From NCBI GenBank assembly GCA_001873435.1, contig MNZB01000002.1:129620-193619 (forward strand): 64,000 nucleotides of DNA, written 5' to 3'. The position numbers and the translations under genes are program-made. Under the pieces are notes generated by a model. It was not told where the DNA came from. It saw only the letters and a program-made list of their open reading frames with translations, and made no database searches. This stretch comes from Candidatus Pacebacteria bacterium CG2_30_36_39 (lineage in GTDB: Bacteria; Patescibacteriota; Microgenomatia; UBA1400; PJMF01). Shown piece by piece: positions 1 through 8,517 of this stretch (the first letter of the stretch is position 1; every line of letters begins with the position of its first letter).

Positions 1-440
1 TTAAAAATATTAGAGTCATCAGTAATCCACCCACGTTTAACGAGAAAGATGTTGAGATCGTAAAAAAAGTATTTAATAAGGTAATTCCCAAACACAAATC
101 ATTCCAAGCTTATTATTATCGTTTATTATTATTTCCTCACAATTTAGCTTTAATTGGTACTACTGATCAAGAATTAGATAACATAATTTTTGATTTAGAA
201 ACTGAGTTGAACAAAGTTGGTGTACCAGATAACAAAATTTATCTAAATAAAAAATACTTTTTTTGTAACATCACTTTAATTCGTTTTGCCAATCCAATAA
301 GTGAAGACTTTAAAAATAAGGTTAAAGAAATATCGGCTTCAATAAAACCATTTAGTTATGAGATTAACTCAGTTTCTTTGGTTACTAGCAATGCTGTAAT
401 GAAAAGAGTTAAGAGAATAGCGGATTGGAAATTAGATTAG
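1..440 (+). CDS. 5'-truncated hypothetical protein, possibly 2H-phosphoesterase-like fold
   Basis: The frame of ORF 207..440 stays open back to the window edge (KNIRVISNPPTF...). C-terminal 'NITLIRF...INSVSLV' resembles the second HxT strand of 2H proteins but has Asn for His. Confidence 0.55.
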   Translation, partial: KNIRVISNPPTFNEKDVEIVKKVFNKVIPKHKSFQAYYYRLLLFPHNLALIGTTDQELDNIIFDLETELNKVGVPDNKIYLNKKYFFCNITLIRFANPISEDFKNKVKEISASIKPFSYEINSVSLVTSNAVMKRVKRIADWKLD

Positions 441-2012
441 TTCTTTGGCTTTTTTAAGTAAAATATCTTTAGAATTTAATTCTGGATTTTCTAAAACCTC
501 CTCAAATAAACTATTTAGAATTTCTCCTAATTGCTTACTTGGTTTAAGATTGAGTTCAGTCATTAAATCATTTCCATTAATTGCTAGATCTTTGACTTCC
601 ATTGGTTGATTGAGTTGTTCAACCATTCTTTGCTTCATTTCTTCAAGTCGCCAACTAGTTTTTTTTGCGCCACTACCCAGTCTATCTCCTTCGCGTAAGT
701 CTAAAATATCATCAATATTTTCTAGACCAACCTTGCGCATAAAGCGACGAATAGCAGCATCGGTATTATGTGGTTGATAATGAAACATATGTTGTCTAAC
801 TAAGATAAAAAATCTTTCTGAATCTTTTTTAGATAATTTAAAGCGTTGAGCGATTTTACTAGCCATTCTAGAACCGATGATTTCATGGTTATAAAAAGTA
901 ATACCATTTTCAGTTTTAGCAAAAGTTCTTGGCTTGCCGATATCATGGATTAAAGTTGCAAATCTAACTAATGGATCGGCTGACGGACAGCTCTCTAGTG
1001 CATCCAATGAGTGGACCCAGACATCGGTGGTGTGATGTCCACTTTGTTCAACATTTTTCATTTCTAAAATCTCTGGCAAAATATATTCAAGCATCTTTGT
1101 TTCATCAAGTAGTTGAATGGCTTTTTTAGGATTTTGACTAGCTAACATCTTAAAGAATTCATCGTGAATTCTTTCCCAGCTTACATGTTCAATTAATGGA
1201 GCATGCTGGATTAAAGCTTTAAAAGTATTTTCACCAATGCTCATTCCTAATTGCACTGAAAAACGAATGGCTCTCAACATGCGCAAGGCATCTTCTTTAA
1301 AACGTAGATTTGGGTCTCCAACGGCCTCAATAATACCTTGTGCTAGATCTTTAATGCCCTCATGAGGATCAATTAGACTAAAGTCAGCTATGGTTAAAAG
1401 ATAGTTTGTTTGTAGGTTTTTTTGTTTAAAGATTTTGTTTAAATATTCCTGGTCAATTTTTATGGCCATGGCATTGATGGTAAAATCTCGTCTTTGTAAG
1501 TCTTCTTCAATGGTTTTGCCCCAGTTTACTGAATCTGGTCGACGATGGTCTTGATAAGTTCCATCAGTACGATAAGTAGTTATTTCGAATGGCTTGGGTT
1601 GTTTTTCTTCTGAAGGAAGTTCTTTAATTGGCGATTTTAATGACTCATGGATTTTTTTGGCTTCTGCAAGGTCGATTAAAGTTTGTTTTTTGATTTTTTC
1701 AGCAGCAATAGTCTGTAGGTTTTTTTCTGGAAGAACATTACTAGTGATTAAATTTAAAGTATCTTGGTGAGTGATGCTAACTGTGCCGAAATTATTTTCA
1801 TAAAAACTCTCTGGAAATAGAGCCATAATCTCTTCTGGTTTAGCATTAGTGGTAAAGTCAAAGTCTGTGAGGCTAATATTTTTATGGTAGAAGGCGTCTG
1901 TTGACTGCAAAATCAGGTCTCTAATTGCTCCACCAACCAAATATGCTTCAAAACCAGCTTGTTGCAGGGTGTGGGAAATAAAGAGGACCTCGAATGGTAA
2001 TTCAAGTTTCAT
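432..2012 (-). CDS. cca: CCA tRNA nucleotidyltransferase (class II) with HD domain
   Basis: Motifs VGGAIRD, DFDFTT, EITTYR, RRDFTINAMA, EDALRMLRAIRF, SWERI, and HD domain (H...HDIGK). Confidence 0.92.
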   Translation of the reverse strand: MKLELPFEVLFISHTLQQAGFEAYLVGGAIRDLILQSTDAFYHKNISLTDFDFTTNAKPEEIMALFPESFYENNFGTVSITHQDTLNLITSNVLPEKNLQTIAAEKIKKQTLIDLAEAKKIHESLKSPIKELPSEEKQPKPFEITTYRTDGTYQDHRRPDSVNWGKTIEEDLQRRDFTINAMAIKIDQEYLNKIFKQKNLQTNYLLTIADFSLIDPHEGIKDLAQGIIEAVGDPNLRFKEDALRMLRAIRFSVQLGMSIGENTFKALIQHAPLIEHVSWERIHDEFFKMLASQNPKKAIQLLDETKMLEYILPEILEMKNVEQSGHHTTDVWVHSLDALESCPSADPLVRFATLIHDIGKPRTFAKTENGITFYNHEIIGSRMASKIAQRFKLSKKDSERFFILVRQHMFHYQPHNTDAAIRRFMRKVGLENIDDILDLREGDRLGSGAKKTSWRLEEMKQRMVEQLNQPMEVKDLAINGNDLMTELNLKPSKQLGEILNSLFEEVLENPELNSKDILLKKAKELI

Positions 2013-2077
2013 GGTTTCATTATAAATGATTTTTCTCTCCCATGTTTCTCTGTTAAAAATATGATACCCTGAGCCTT

Positions 2078-3715
2078 ATGCAATGGCACTTATTATCTGA
2101 AAATGTTCCAAAATCATGGGAGGATTTAGCAAAAATTTTATTAAATAACCGTCATATAACTGATGAGGACGAGTTTTTTAATTCTAGAAATCCAATTGAT
2201 TTTTCGGCTGAAGAACTAGGTTTGGATCCAGATTCTTTGCAACAAGCCAAAGAAAGAATTTTAGAGGCCAAAGAAAAAAAACAAAAAGTATTGGTTTTTG
2301 GTGATTATGATGCCGATGGAATTAGTGCTACAGCTATTTTATGGAAAACTTTATACAAAATGGGGGTAGATGCCATGCCATTTATTCCTCATCGAGAGAA
2401 ACACGGCTATGGTTTAACTTGGGCGGCTTTGCAAGAGATATATAGCAAATCTTTGCCAGATTTATTAATTACAGTTGATACTGGAATTGTGGCGCATAAA
2501 GCCGTGCAGGAATTACAAGAAAAGGGAGTTGAAGTCATTATTACAGATCATCATCAGCCGGATGATAGTTTTCCGAGTGCTTTGACTGTTGTTCATAGTA
2601 CCAAGATTTGTGGAGCAGCTGTTGCTTGGGCTTTAGTTCGTGAGTTTAGTGAGGAAGAAGCCAAGAATAATTTGGACTTGGTGGCTTTGGCAACAGTAAC
2701 GGATTTAATGTCGTTAAAAGGAATTAATAGAGCTTTTGTTAAGCATGGTCTAGAGGTTATGAATAATAATCAACGACCAGGATTATTGGCGTTGAAGCAA
2801 ATTGCTGGTTTGGCAGATAAAAAAATTAATTCCATGCATTTGGGATTTGTTATTGGTCCAAGAATAAATGCGATGGGTAGAATGTCCTATGCCATGGATG
2901 CCCTAAGGCTTCTTTGTACTAATCAAAAAAATCGAGCTACGGAGTTGGCTAGTTTAATAGACAATACTAATGGAGAACGTCAACAACTCACCGAAGAGTT
3001 GTTTCAATTAGCTCATCAACAGGCTACTGCTCAGAAACAGGAACATATTATTATTGTTCATTCTCCTGATTTCCATGAGGGAATTATTGGTTTGATTGCT
3101 GGTAAATTAACAGAGCGCTATGCTAAGCCCTCTATTGTAATTAGTACTCATGGAGATGTTGCTAAAGCATCAGCGAGATCAGTTCCAGGTGTTAATATTA
3201 CTGAAATAATTAGAACTGCTAAAGATTTGTTATTAGAGTTTGGTGGGCATCCGATGGCTGCTGGTTTTGGTTTTGAACATGAAAATTTAACTACTGTAAT
3301 TGAACATTTGCTAGAACAAGGTAGAGAAACTATTGATCCGGAGTTGTTACAAAAAAGGCTGTCTTTGGAGTGTTTGTTGCCACTTGATTTGGTGAGCGTA
3401 ACATTAATAGATAAAATCCAGTCTTTTGCTCCATTTGGTCAAGAAAATGCTGAACCAATTTTTGTTGTTAAGGATGTTCGTGTTAGTGAAATTAAACAGT
3501 TGGGGAGTCAACAGCAACATCTCAAGCTTACTTTAACTGATGCCGGTAGTAATGCACAAATCACTGGCTTGGCTTGGGGAAAGGGTGAAATGGCGGAGAC
3601 CCTACAAGAGGGATCATTGGTTAATGTTGCGATTGTTTTGCAGATTAATGAATGGCGAGATAAGAGAAATGTTCAGGCAATAATCAAGGATTTGCAGCAA
3701 ATTGAAGATTTTTGA
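2078..3715 (+). CDS. recJ: ssDNA-specific exonuclease RecJ
   Basis: GDYDADG, TVDTG, TDHH, PRINAMGR, SARS, GGHPMAAG, APFG motifs and C-terminal OB fold. Confidence 0.96.
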   Translation: MQWHLLSENVPKSWEDLAKILLNNRHITDEDEFFNSRNPIDFSAEELGLDPDSLQQAKERILEAKEKKQKVLVFGDYDADGISATAILWKTLYKMGVDAMPFIPHREKHGYGLTWAALQEIYSKSLPDLLITVDTGIVAHKAVQELQEKGVEVIITDHHQPDDSFPSALTVVHSTKICGAAVAWALVREFSEEEAKNNLDLVALATVTDLMSLKGINRAFVKHGLEVMNNNQRPGLLALKQIAGLADKKINSMHLGFVIGPRINAMGRMSYAMDALRLLCTNQKNRATELASLIDNTNGERQQLTEELFQLAHQQATAQKQEHIIIVHSPDFHEGIIGLIAGKLTERYAKPSIVISTHGDVAKASARSVPGVNITEIIRTAKDLLLEFGGHPMAAGFGFEHENLTTVIEHLLEQGRETIDPELLQKRLSLECLLPLDLVSVTLIDKIQSFAPFGQENAEPIFVVKDVRVSEIKQLGSQQQHLKLTLTDAGSNAQITGLAWGKGEMAETLQEGSLVNVAIVLQINEWRDKRNVQAIIKDLQQIEDF

Positions 3716-4136
3716 GTTTTTCGATAATTTGATGGTTTGATGTAAAGGTTGCTGCTTGATAGCCAGCTTCTATTGCGGCGTTAGTATGTCTAATTTGGTC
3801 ATCTAGAAAAAATATTTGTGCTGGTTTGACTTCTAGTTCTTTGGCAACATCTCTGAAAGCTCTAAAATCTCTTTTGCTATGGCCCATGGTGATGGTAGAA
3901 AAAATTTTATTAAAATCTAATAAACCTAGTTTCTCCAATTGAATACTAGAGAATGGTGGAGCAGAAGTAAAGATATTTATGGAGATTCCCTGTTTTTTTA
4001 AGGTTTTAAATTCTTCAAGTAATGGAGTATTTAATACTAGTCGCTGAATTACCGGAGTAAAGTTTTCATCAACTAATGGATTGTTTGTTTCAAAGAGTAA
4101 GACGTCAAAAAGATCGGTGAGAATGTGGGTGATCAT
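3684..4136 (-). CDS. HAD-superfamily hydrolase
   Basis: Motif I-like DLFDVL, motif III K, FFLDD...AAIEAG. Start placed at ATG 4136, 6 nt after TACACT. Confidence 0.75.
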   Translation of the reverse strand: MITHILTDLFDVLLFETNNPLVDENFTPVIQRLVLNTPLLEEFKTLKKQGISINIFTSAPPFSSIQLEKLGLLDFNKIFSTITMGHSKRDFRAFRDVAKELEVKPAQIFFLDDQIRHTNAAIEAGYQAATFTSNHQIIEKLKNLQFAANP

Positions 4137-4154
4137 ACATGTAGTGTAACGCAA

Positions 4155-4176
4155 AGGGCGTCCTTGCGGACGCCCT
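4155..4176 (-). terminator. Hairpin/terminator downstream of the dsbA-like gene
   Basis: 9-bp stem AGGGCGTCC/GGACGCCCT with GCAA (GNRA) loop on the minus strand; only a short T-run follows. Confidence 0.7.
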
Positions 4177-4205
4177 ATTTATTTTGCTTGATCAGTCTTA
4201 ATAGT

Positions 4206-4937
4206 TTACTTTAAGTATTTATCAATAACAGTTTTAATTTGAGCATAAGGTAGAGCTCCAGAGATTAATTCTCTTTTGCCATCCTTAGTAATCAAGATAG
4301 TTGCTGGAGTGCCGGATACACCAGCAGCTTGGCCACCAATCATATCTTCATTGACTAGGTCTGTCATTTTGCCATCAGCTAGGCATTTTTCCATATCTGC
4401 ATTGTTGACTCCAACTTTTCCTGCTTCAGCAATTAATTTTTCTTCAGTTAGGGCAGCTGCTCCTTCTTTTGCTGCGCCGGCAAATAGGGCGTCAGAGAAA
4501 GTCCAGAAAGCATCATTGCCACCAAGTGAAGCTACACATTCAGATGCTTCTGCGCTGATTTGTGCCTGAGCATGAAAGCTTAGTGGATAATGACGGAAAA
4601 CCCAATTTACTTTATCACCATATTCTTCCATGACTTTTACCATGGTTGGATGGAATTTATTACAGAATGGGCATTCATAATCAGAATATTCAACTAAAGT
4701 AATTTCAGCATCCTTATTTCCTCTAAGATGATCCTCAGCAGTTAATGCTGGCATGTCAGCTAAAGTATCAACAGCAGCTTTATTATTACCAGCAGCAGTT
4801 GGAGCGCCAACTTGTTGGCCATTGCCGGTATTGCCGTTTCTAAGTAACTGGTTTTCTGTCCAAAGTGAGCCAGCTACGAAACCAGCGATTAGAGCAACTG
4901 CTCCAATCATGATCTGGGTAAGAGTTTTGTTATTCAT
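4206..4937 (-). CDS. Membrane-anchored DsbA/thioredoxin-fold oxidoreductase
   Basis: N-terminal TM, EYSDYECPFC active site, FRHYPL, cis-Pro GTP loop; AAGGAAGG upstream of ATG 4937. Confidence 0.9.
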   Translation of the reverse strand: MNNKTLTQIMIGAVALIAGFVAGSLWTENQLLRNGNTGNGQQVGAPTAAGNNKAAVDTLADMPALTAEDHLRGNKDAEITLVEYSDYECPFCNKFHPTMVKVMEEYGDKVNWVFRHYPLSFHAQAQISAEASECVASLGGNDAFWTFSDALFAGAAKEGAAALTEEKLIAEAGKVGVNNADMEKCLADGKMTDLVNEDMIGGQAAGVSGTPATILITKDGKRELISGALPYAQIKTVIDKYLK

Positions 4938-5074
4938 GAAGAATTCTTCCTTCCTTAAACCTTTTGTATACAATTTATATATATTATCATCGAATATATC
5001 ATCTATATCCGGTGCATTGAATCTATCGTAAAATAGCGATTAGGTCAATCGTAACAGCAAAGGAATTAAATACA

Positions 5075-5821
5075 GTGAGATATCTTACGGCTTATGAAAG
5101 AAATCAGTTAAGAAAATGGAATATTGATTTAGCTGATTTAGATAAATATGGTGAAATGCCAGTGGAATATATCACTGGTCATGTTGATTTTTATCAACGT
5201 GATTTTTTTGTTAATAAAAATGTTTTAATTCCTAGGATAGAGACAGAGGAATTAGTTGAAAAAATAGTTGGTGTTTTTGGAGATTTAAAAGAATCAATCC
5301 AATTTTTAGAAGTAGGTACTGGTAGTGGTGCCTTGGGTATTAGTGTTTTTCTTGAACTAATCAAAAAAGGTAGAGTTGTAGAGGCTACTTTAACTGATGT
5401 TTCTCCTGATGCTTTGCAAGTAGCGGAGAGAAATTGGCAGAGGTTATCACAAGATCCTGAGGATTTGGATAATGTTTCATTTGTTGAGGCTGATTTATTA
5501 AATCAAGTAGCTTTGGATGAAAGATTAGATTTTGTAGTAGCAAATCTCCCATATATTCCTCACGAGAGGTTGAATAAATTAATGCCTTCAGTTAGGGATT
5601 ATGAGCCAATGTTGGCTTTGGATGGTGGCTTTGATGGTTTGGAGTTAATTAAAAAATTAATTAAACAATTATGTGAGAGGAAATTTGTTGGTCAATTATT
5701 TTTAGAGATTGATGATTCTCATGATAAAGAGATTATTCAAGCTCTTTTGTTTAGTAAAAAAGTTGAGGTTTGGCAGGATGAGGCTGGTAAAAATCGTTTT
5801 GCTTGGCTAGATTTTAGCTAA
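5075..5821 (+). CDS. prmC: Release factor glutamine methyltransferase PrmC/HemK
   Basis: PVEYITG, VLIPRIETEELV, EVGTGSG, NLPY (NPPY-like), EPMLALDGG; short N-terminal domain. Confidence 0.9.
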   Translation: MRYLTAYERNQLRKWNIDLADLDKYGEMPVEYITGHVDFYQRDFFVNKNVLIPRIETEELVEKIVGVFGDLKESIQFLEVGTGSGALGISVFLELIKKGRVVEATLTDVSPDALQVAERNWQRLSQDPEDLDNVSFVEADLLNQVALDERLDFVVANLPYIPHERLNKLMPSVRDYEPMLALDGGFDGLELIKKLIKQLCERKFVGQLFLEIDDSHDKEIIQALLFSKKVEVWQDEAGKNRFAWLDFS

Positions 5822-5869
5822 ACATCAATATATCTTGCAATGCAGAGTAAAAACGTGCAGAATTGAGTT

Positions 5870-6025
5870 ATGAAGGTTAAGCTGGAGCTTTGGAAGTTAT
5901 TAGTTTTTTTGATTGTTTTTGTTGTGGTTTTGAGTTTGCTGACTTTTTTCATTAAGATTCAACATCTTGGTTTTGAAGTTAATGAGGAGTTGGTTGAGTT
6001 AGTAAAACAGGTTGTATTTAGCTAA
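5870..6025 (+). CDS. 51-aa single-pass membrane protein (absent from ORF track)
   Basis: Hand translation: MKVKLELWKLLVFLIVFVVVLSLLTFFIKIQHLGFEVNEELVELVKQVVFS. Fills the gap and follows TTGCAA-17-CAGAAT. Confidence 0.65.
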   Translation: MKVKLELWKLLVFLIVFVVVLSLLTFFIKIQHLGFEVNEELVELVKQVVFS

Positions 6026-6888
6026 AGAATGACGCTGTCTTCTTGAATTTCATTGCCACTTGGTAAGATATAAATGTCTTGGTTGTAGTTTCCGGGGCCA
6101 ACAAATTCTGCTTCGCCTTTAATGATTTTTTCAAATGGTTTGCAAGAAAAACAACCATTTTCTCCTTCTGGACAACGAAAGCGATTTAATTGACGAGCTA
6201 GTTTCATTTCTTTGGCAACTTTTAAGATTTTTTCATATGATTCTTGGGGGTCTGGTAGGGCGACTTCTTCTGGTTCATTGTTCATTCCCAAATACCAATA
6301 GCTGGCTTTTGCTACTTTTCTTTTTTGAGTATTGCTGACTAGCAGTAGGTAGATGGGTAGTTGTAGTGAGTCTGCTTTTTCTTTATTTTTACTAGTTTTA
6401 AAATCGATAATATGAACACTATCTGTATCTGGTAGATATTGGAGCCAGTCGATTTTGCCACAGAGAATAATTCCATCTGTTTCTGATAGCCAATAGTGAG
6501 GTAGATCTTCTTTGATTTTGACTGATAGTTGAGCTACAGGTCCTGGATTGTCCATGACTTTACGTAGCATTTCTTCACCTCTTTGTTTGAATTTTTCTTC
6601 AGTTTGTTGGTCTAGAAAGCCGCCTTTTTTGCCACTGATTTTTTGCCAAGATGTTTGGAATTTTTCAATTAGAGATTTGTTGAAGCGTTGGTTAGTTGGT
6701 AAGGCTGATAAAGATTCAATGACTTCATGAACAGCTTGTCCTAAGGCTAGGGCTGGGGCCATGATTTGCATTTTATGGCCTGTCTCAGGGTTTTTGTATA
6801 CGTTTTTGAGGAAGTAAGCACGAGGGCATTGTTGAAAATCATTGATAGATGAGTGCGAAACCCAGACAGCAGAGTATTTATCAGGCAT
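6022..6888 (-). CDS. PD-(D/E)xK nuclease (RecB/AddB/Cas4-like), probable Fe-S cluster
   Basis: SHSSI...CPRAY, G..VHE, GKID, IIDFKT, QLPIY and C-terminal C-x6-C-x2-C. Start moved to ATG 6888. Confidence 0.85.
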   Translation of the reverse strand: MPDKYSAVWVSHSSINDFQQCPRAYFLKNVYKNPETGHKMQIMAPALALGQAVHEVIESLSALPTNQRFNKSLIEKFQTSWQKISGKKGGFLDQQTEEKFKQRGEEMLRKVMDNPGPVAQLSVKIKEDLPHYWLSETDGIILCGKIDWLQYLPDTDSVHIIDFKTSKNKEKADSLQLPIYLLLVSNTQKRKVAKASYWYLGMNNEPEEVALPDPQESYEKILKVAKEMKLARQLNRFRCPEGENGCFSCKPFEKIIKGEAEFVGPGNYNQDIYILPSGNEIQEDSVIL

Positions 6889-6986
6889 AGGTTTAACTTT
6901 AGCATAAAACAGATGAAGAAGAAAATACGAAACTAGAATAAAATTCGCAATAATAGGCCTGATTTGATATAATATGAGATATTGAT

Positions 6987-7373
6987 ATGGTAACAAATCA
7001 AGAGATTAGAGTTTTTGTCGCTGAAGACGATAAAATGTGGCGACAAGTTATCACTAGTGCTTTAGAAGAGATTAGTGCAGTTCTTGCTTTGCCAATCGCC
7101 GTAGATTTTATTTCCGCTCAAAATGCTATTAAACAATTGAAAAAACTAAAAGTTGATATTGCTATTATTGATGGCAATTTGACTCCTGGTGATTCTGATG
7201 GTTGGGAAGGTCAACAGTTGATTGAGGCTATAAAAAAGCTTGGTAGTGATATAAAAATAATTGGTTATTCAGCTTATGGTCAGCCATTATTAGAGGCTGG
7301 GGCTGATGCGGTTATAGATAAACTAGATTTTAGATCTATTGGTCCCACTATTTTGAGGTTATTAGCAAATTAG
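6987..7373 (+). CDS. Stand-alone response regulator receiver domain
   Basis: VAEDD, DIAIIDG (phospho-Asp), IIGYS, AGADAVIDK; TGATATAAT upstream. Confidence 0.85.
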   Translation: MVTNQEIRVFVAEDDKMWRQVITSALEEISAVLALPIAVDFISAQNAIKQLKKLKVDIAIIDGNLTPGDSDGWEGQQLIEAIKKLGSDIKIIGYSAYGQPLLEAGADAVIDKLDFRSIGPTILRLLAN

Positions 7374-7395
7374 TATAAATAATTAAGAAAGCTAT

Positions 7396-7803
7396 ATGAG
7401 TGATAGTAAAGAACGAAAATTTAATGTTTTACTTGCTGAGGATAATGAGGATTGGGTTGCTACGGTTGAAGATATTATTACTGAGATTGGTGGGGTTTTA
7501 GTTAAAACAGCTACTAATTTAGAGGATGCTATTGATGCTATGGCTATGCTTGAAGAGTTAAAAGTAGATATTATTATTTTGGGTGGTAGTCTTGGCGAAT
7601 TTAAAATTGGTAATACCGATACTTTGAGGATATTAATTGCTTTGATGGAAGCAAGGATTGAGGGTGGTTTTCATGCTAATAAGGCAAAAACTATTGGTTT
7701 GTCTGGTGATCATCAGACAAGAATTAAAGAGCTAGATGCTCAGTTGGGTAAGAATAATATTGATAATTTAAAAGCAACTATTTTGAGATTGTTGGCAAAA
7801 TAA
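7396..7803 (+). CDS. Receiver-like protein lacking the phospho-acceptor Asp
   Basis: LLAEDN, DIIILGG (Gly at the Asp position), IGLS, K. Paralog of the preceding gene. Confidence 0.75.
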   Translation: MSDSKERKFNVLLAEDNEDWVATVEDIITEIGGVLVKTATNLEDAIDAMAMLEELKVDIIILGGSLGEFKIGNTDTLRILIALMEARIEGGFHANKAKTIGLSGDHQTRIKELDAQLGKNNIDNLKATILRLLAK

Positions 7804-7812
7804 GATTAGTTG

Positions 7813-8277
7813 CTAAGAATTTTCTTTTTCAACAAGAATATCTATAATTTGTTCTCTCAATGCTTTTACCACATCTCTTGGATTAAATAGCGACATTGAG
7901 CTGTTTTTTAGGTCGAATTTTTTTCTTCTTCTAAAGGCATTTAATCTATCATGCAAATTGAGATGACCAATGTAACTAATTACAAACTGATAATTGATTT
8001 GTGGATTATCTTTTTCGTATGTCATTAATATTTCTAATTCGTATGTTGTATAATTTGAATCTTCAATTGGATTGGTAGGTTCATTAATTTTTGGTCCAAA
8101 TTTTGTTGATATGTTGCTAAAACCAATCTCTCTTAGTTTGTTGAAGAATGGCTCCAAATAGCTTAATAACTCTAAAAATGCAGCTTCATATTCAATTGGT
8201 TCGGTAATTTGTTTCTTTTCTTTTTCAATTGCTTGTTTAGCAGCTTTTTTCTTTGCTTCATTGAATATATCAGACAT
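7813..8277 (-). CDS. Hypothetical protein
   Basis: 154-aa ORF with TGATATAAT promoter, a small hairpin and AAGGA upstream. Confidence 0.7.
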   Translation of the reverse strand: MSDIFNEAKKKAAKQAIEKEKKQITEPIEYEAAFLELLSYLEPFFNKLREIGFSNISTKFGPKINEPTNPIEDSNYTTYELEILMTYEKDNPQINYQFVISYIGHLNLHDRLNAFRRRKKFDLKNSSMSLFNPRDVVKALREQIIDILVEKENS

Positions 8278-8377
8278 AAACTTCCTTAAAAACCTACCCT
8301 ATAAGGTAGGGAAAGCTTATTACTCAGACTGAATCAAATTATATCATATCTTGATTAAAAATATTTTAAATAAAAAG

Positions 8378-8448
8378 ATCCCGGGCTAGGATTCGAACCT
8401 AGGATGACAGGGTCAGAACCTGTAATGATGCCACTTCACTACCCGGGA
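8378..8448 (-). tRNA. tRNA-Gln(CUG), CCA not encoded
   Basis: Cloverleaf: UCCCGGG/CCCGGGA acceptor, GUGA/UCAU D-stem, ACAGG-UUCUGAC-CCUGU anticodon arm, CUAGG-UUCGAAU-CCUAG T-arm. Confidence 0.96.
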
Positions 8449-8481
8449 TTTCAGCTTTTTTTCAGCTTTTTTTGCTAAATT
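8448..8481 (+). promoter_or_regulatory. Promoter with tandem-repeat (pho-box-like) site for the response regulator
   Basis: ATTTCAGCTTTTTTTCAGCTTT (TCAGC at 11-bp period), N6, TAAATT. An identical copy lies inverted at 9848-9881. Confidence 0.75.
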
Positions 8482-8517
8482 AGCAATAAAACCGTAGGAA
8501 GATAGTATACCAGAGGA

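Noticed and set aside
6022-6888. CRISPR-Cas system suggested by the Cas4-like nuclease
   Set aside because: No repeat-spacer array or other cas genes are visible in the window.
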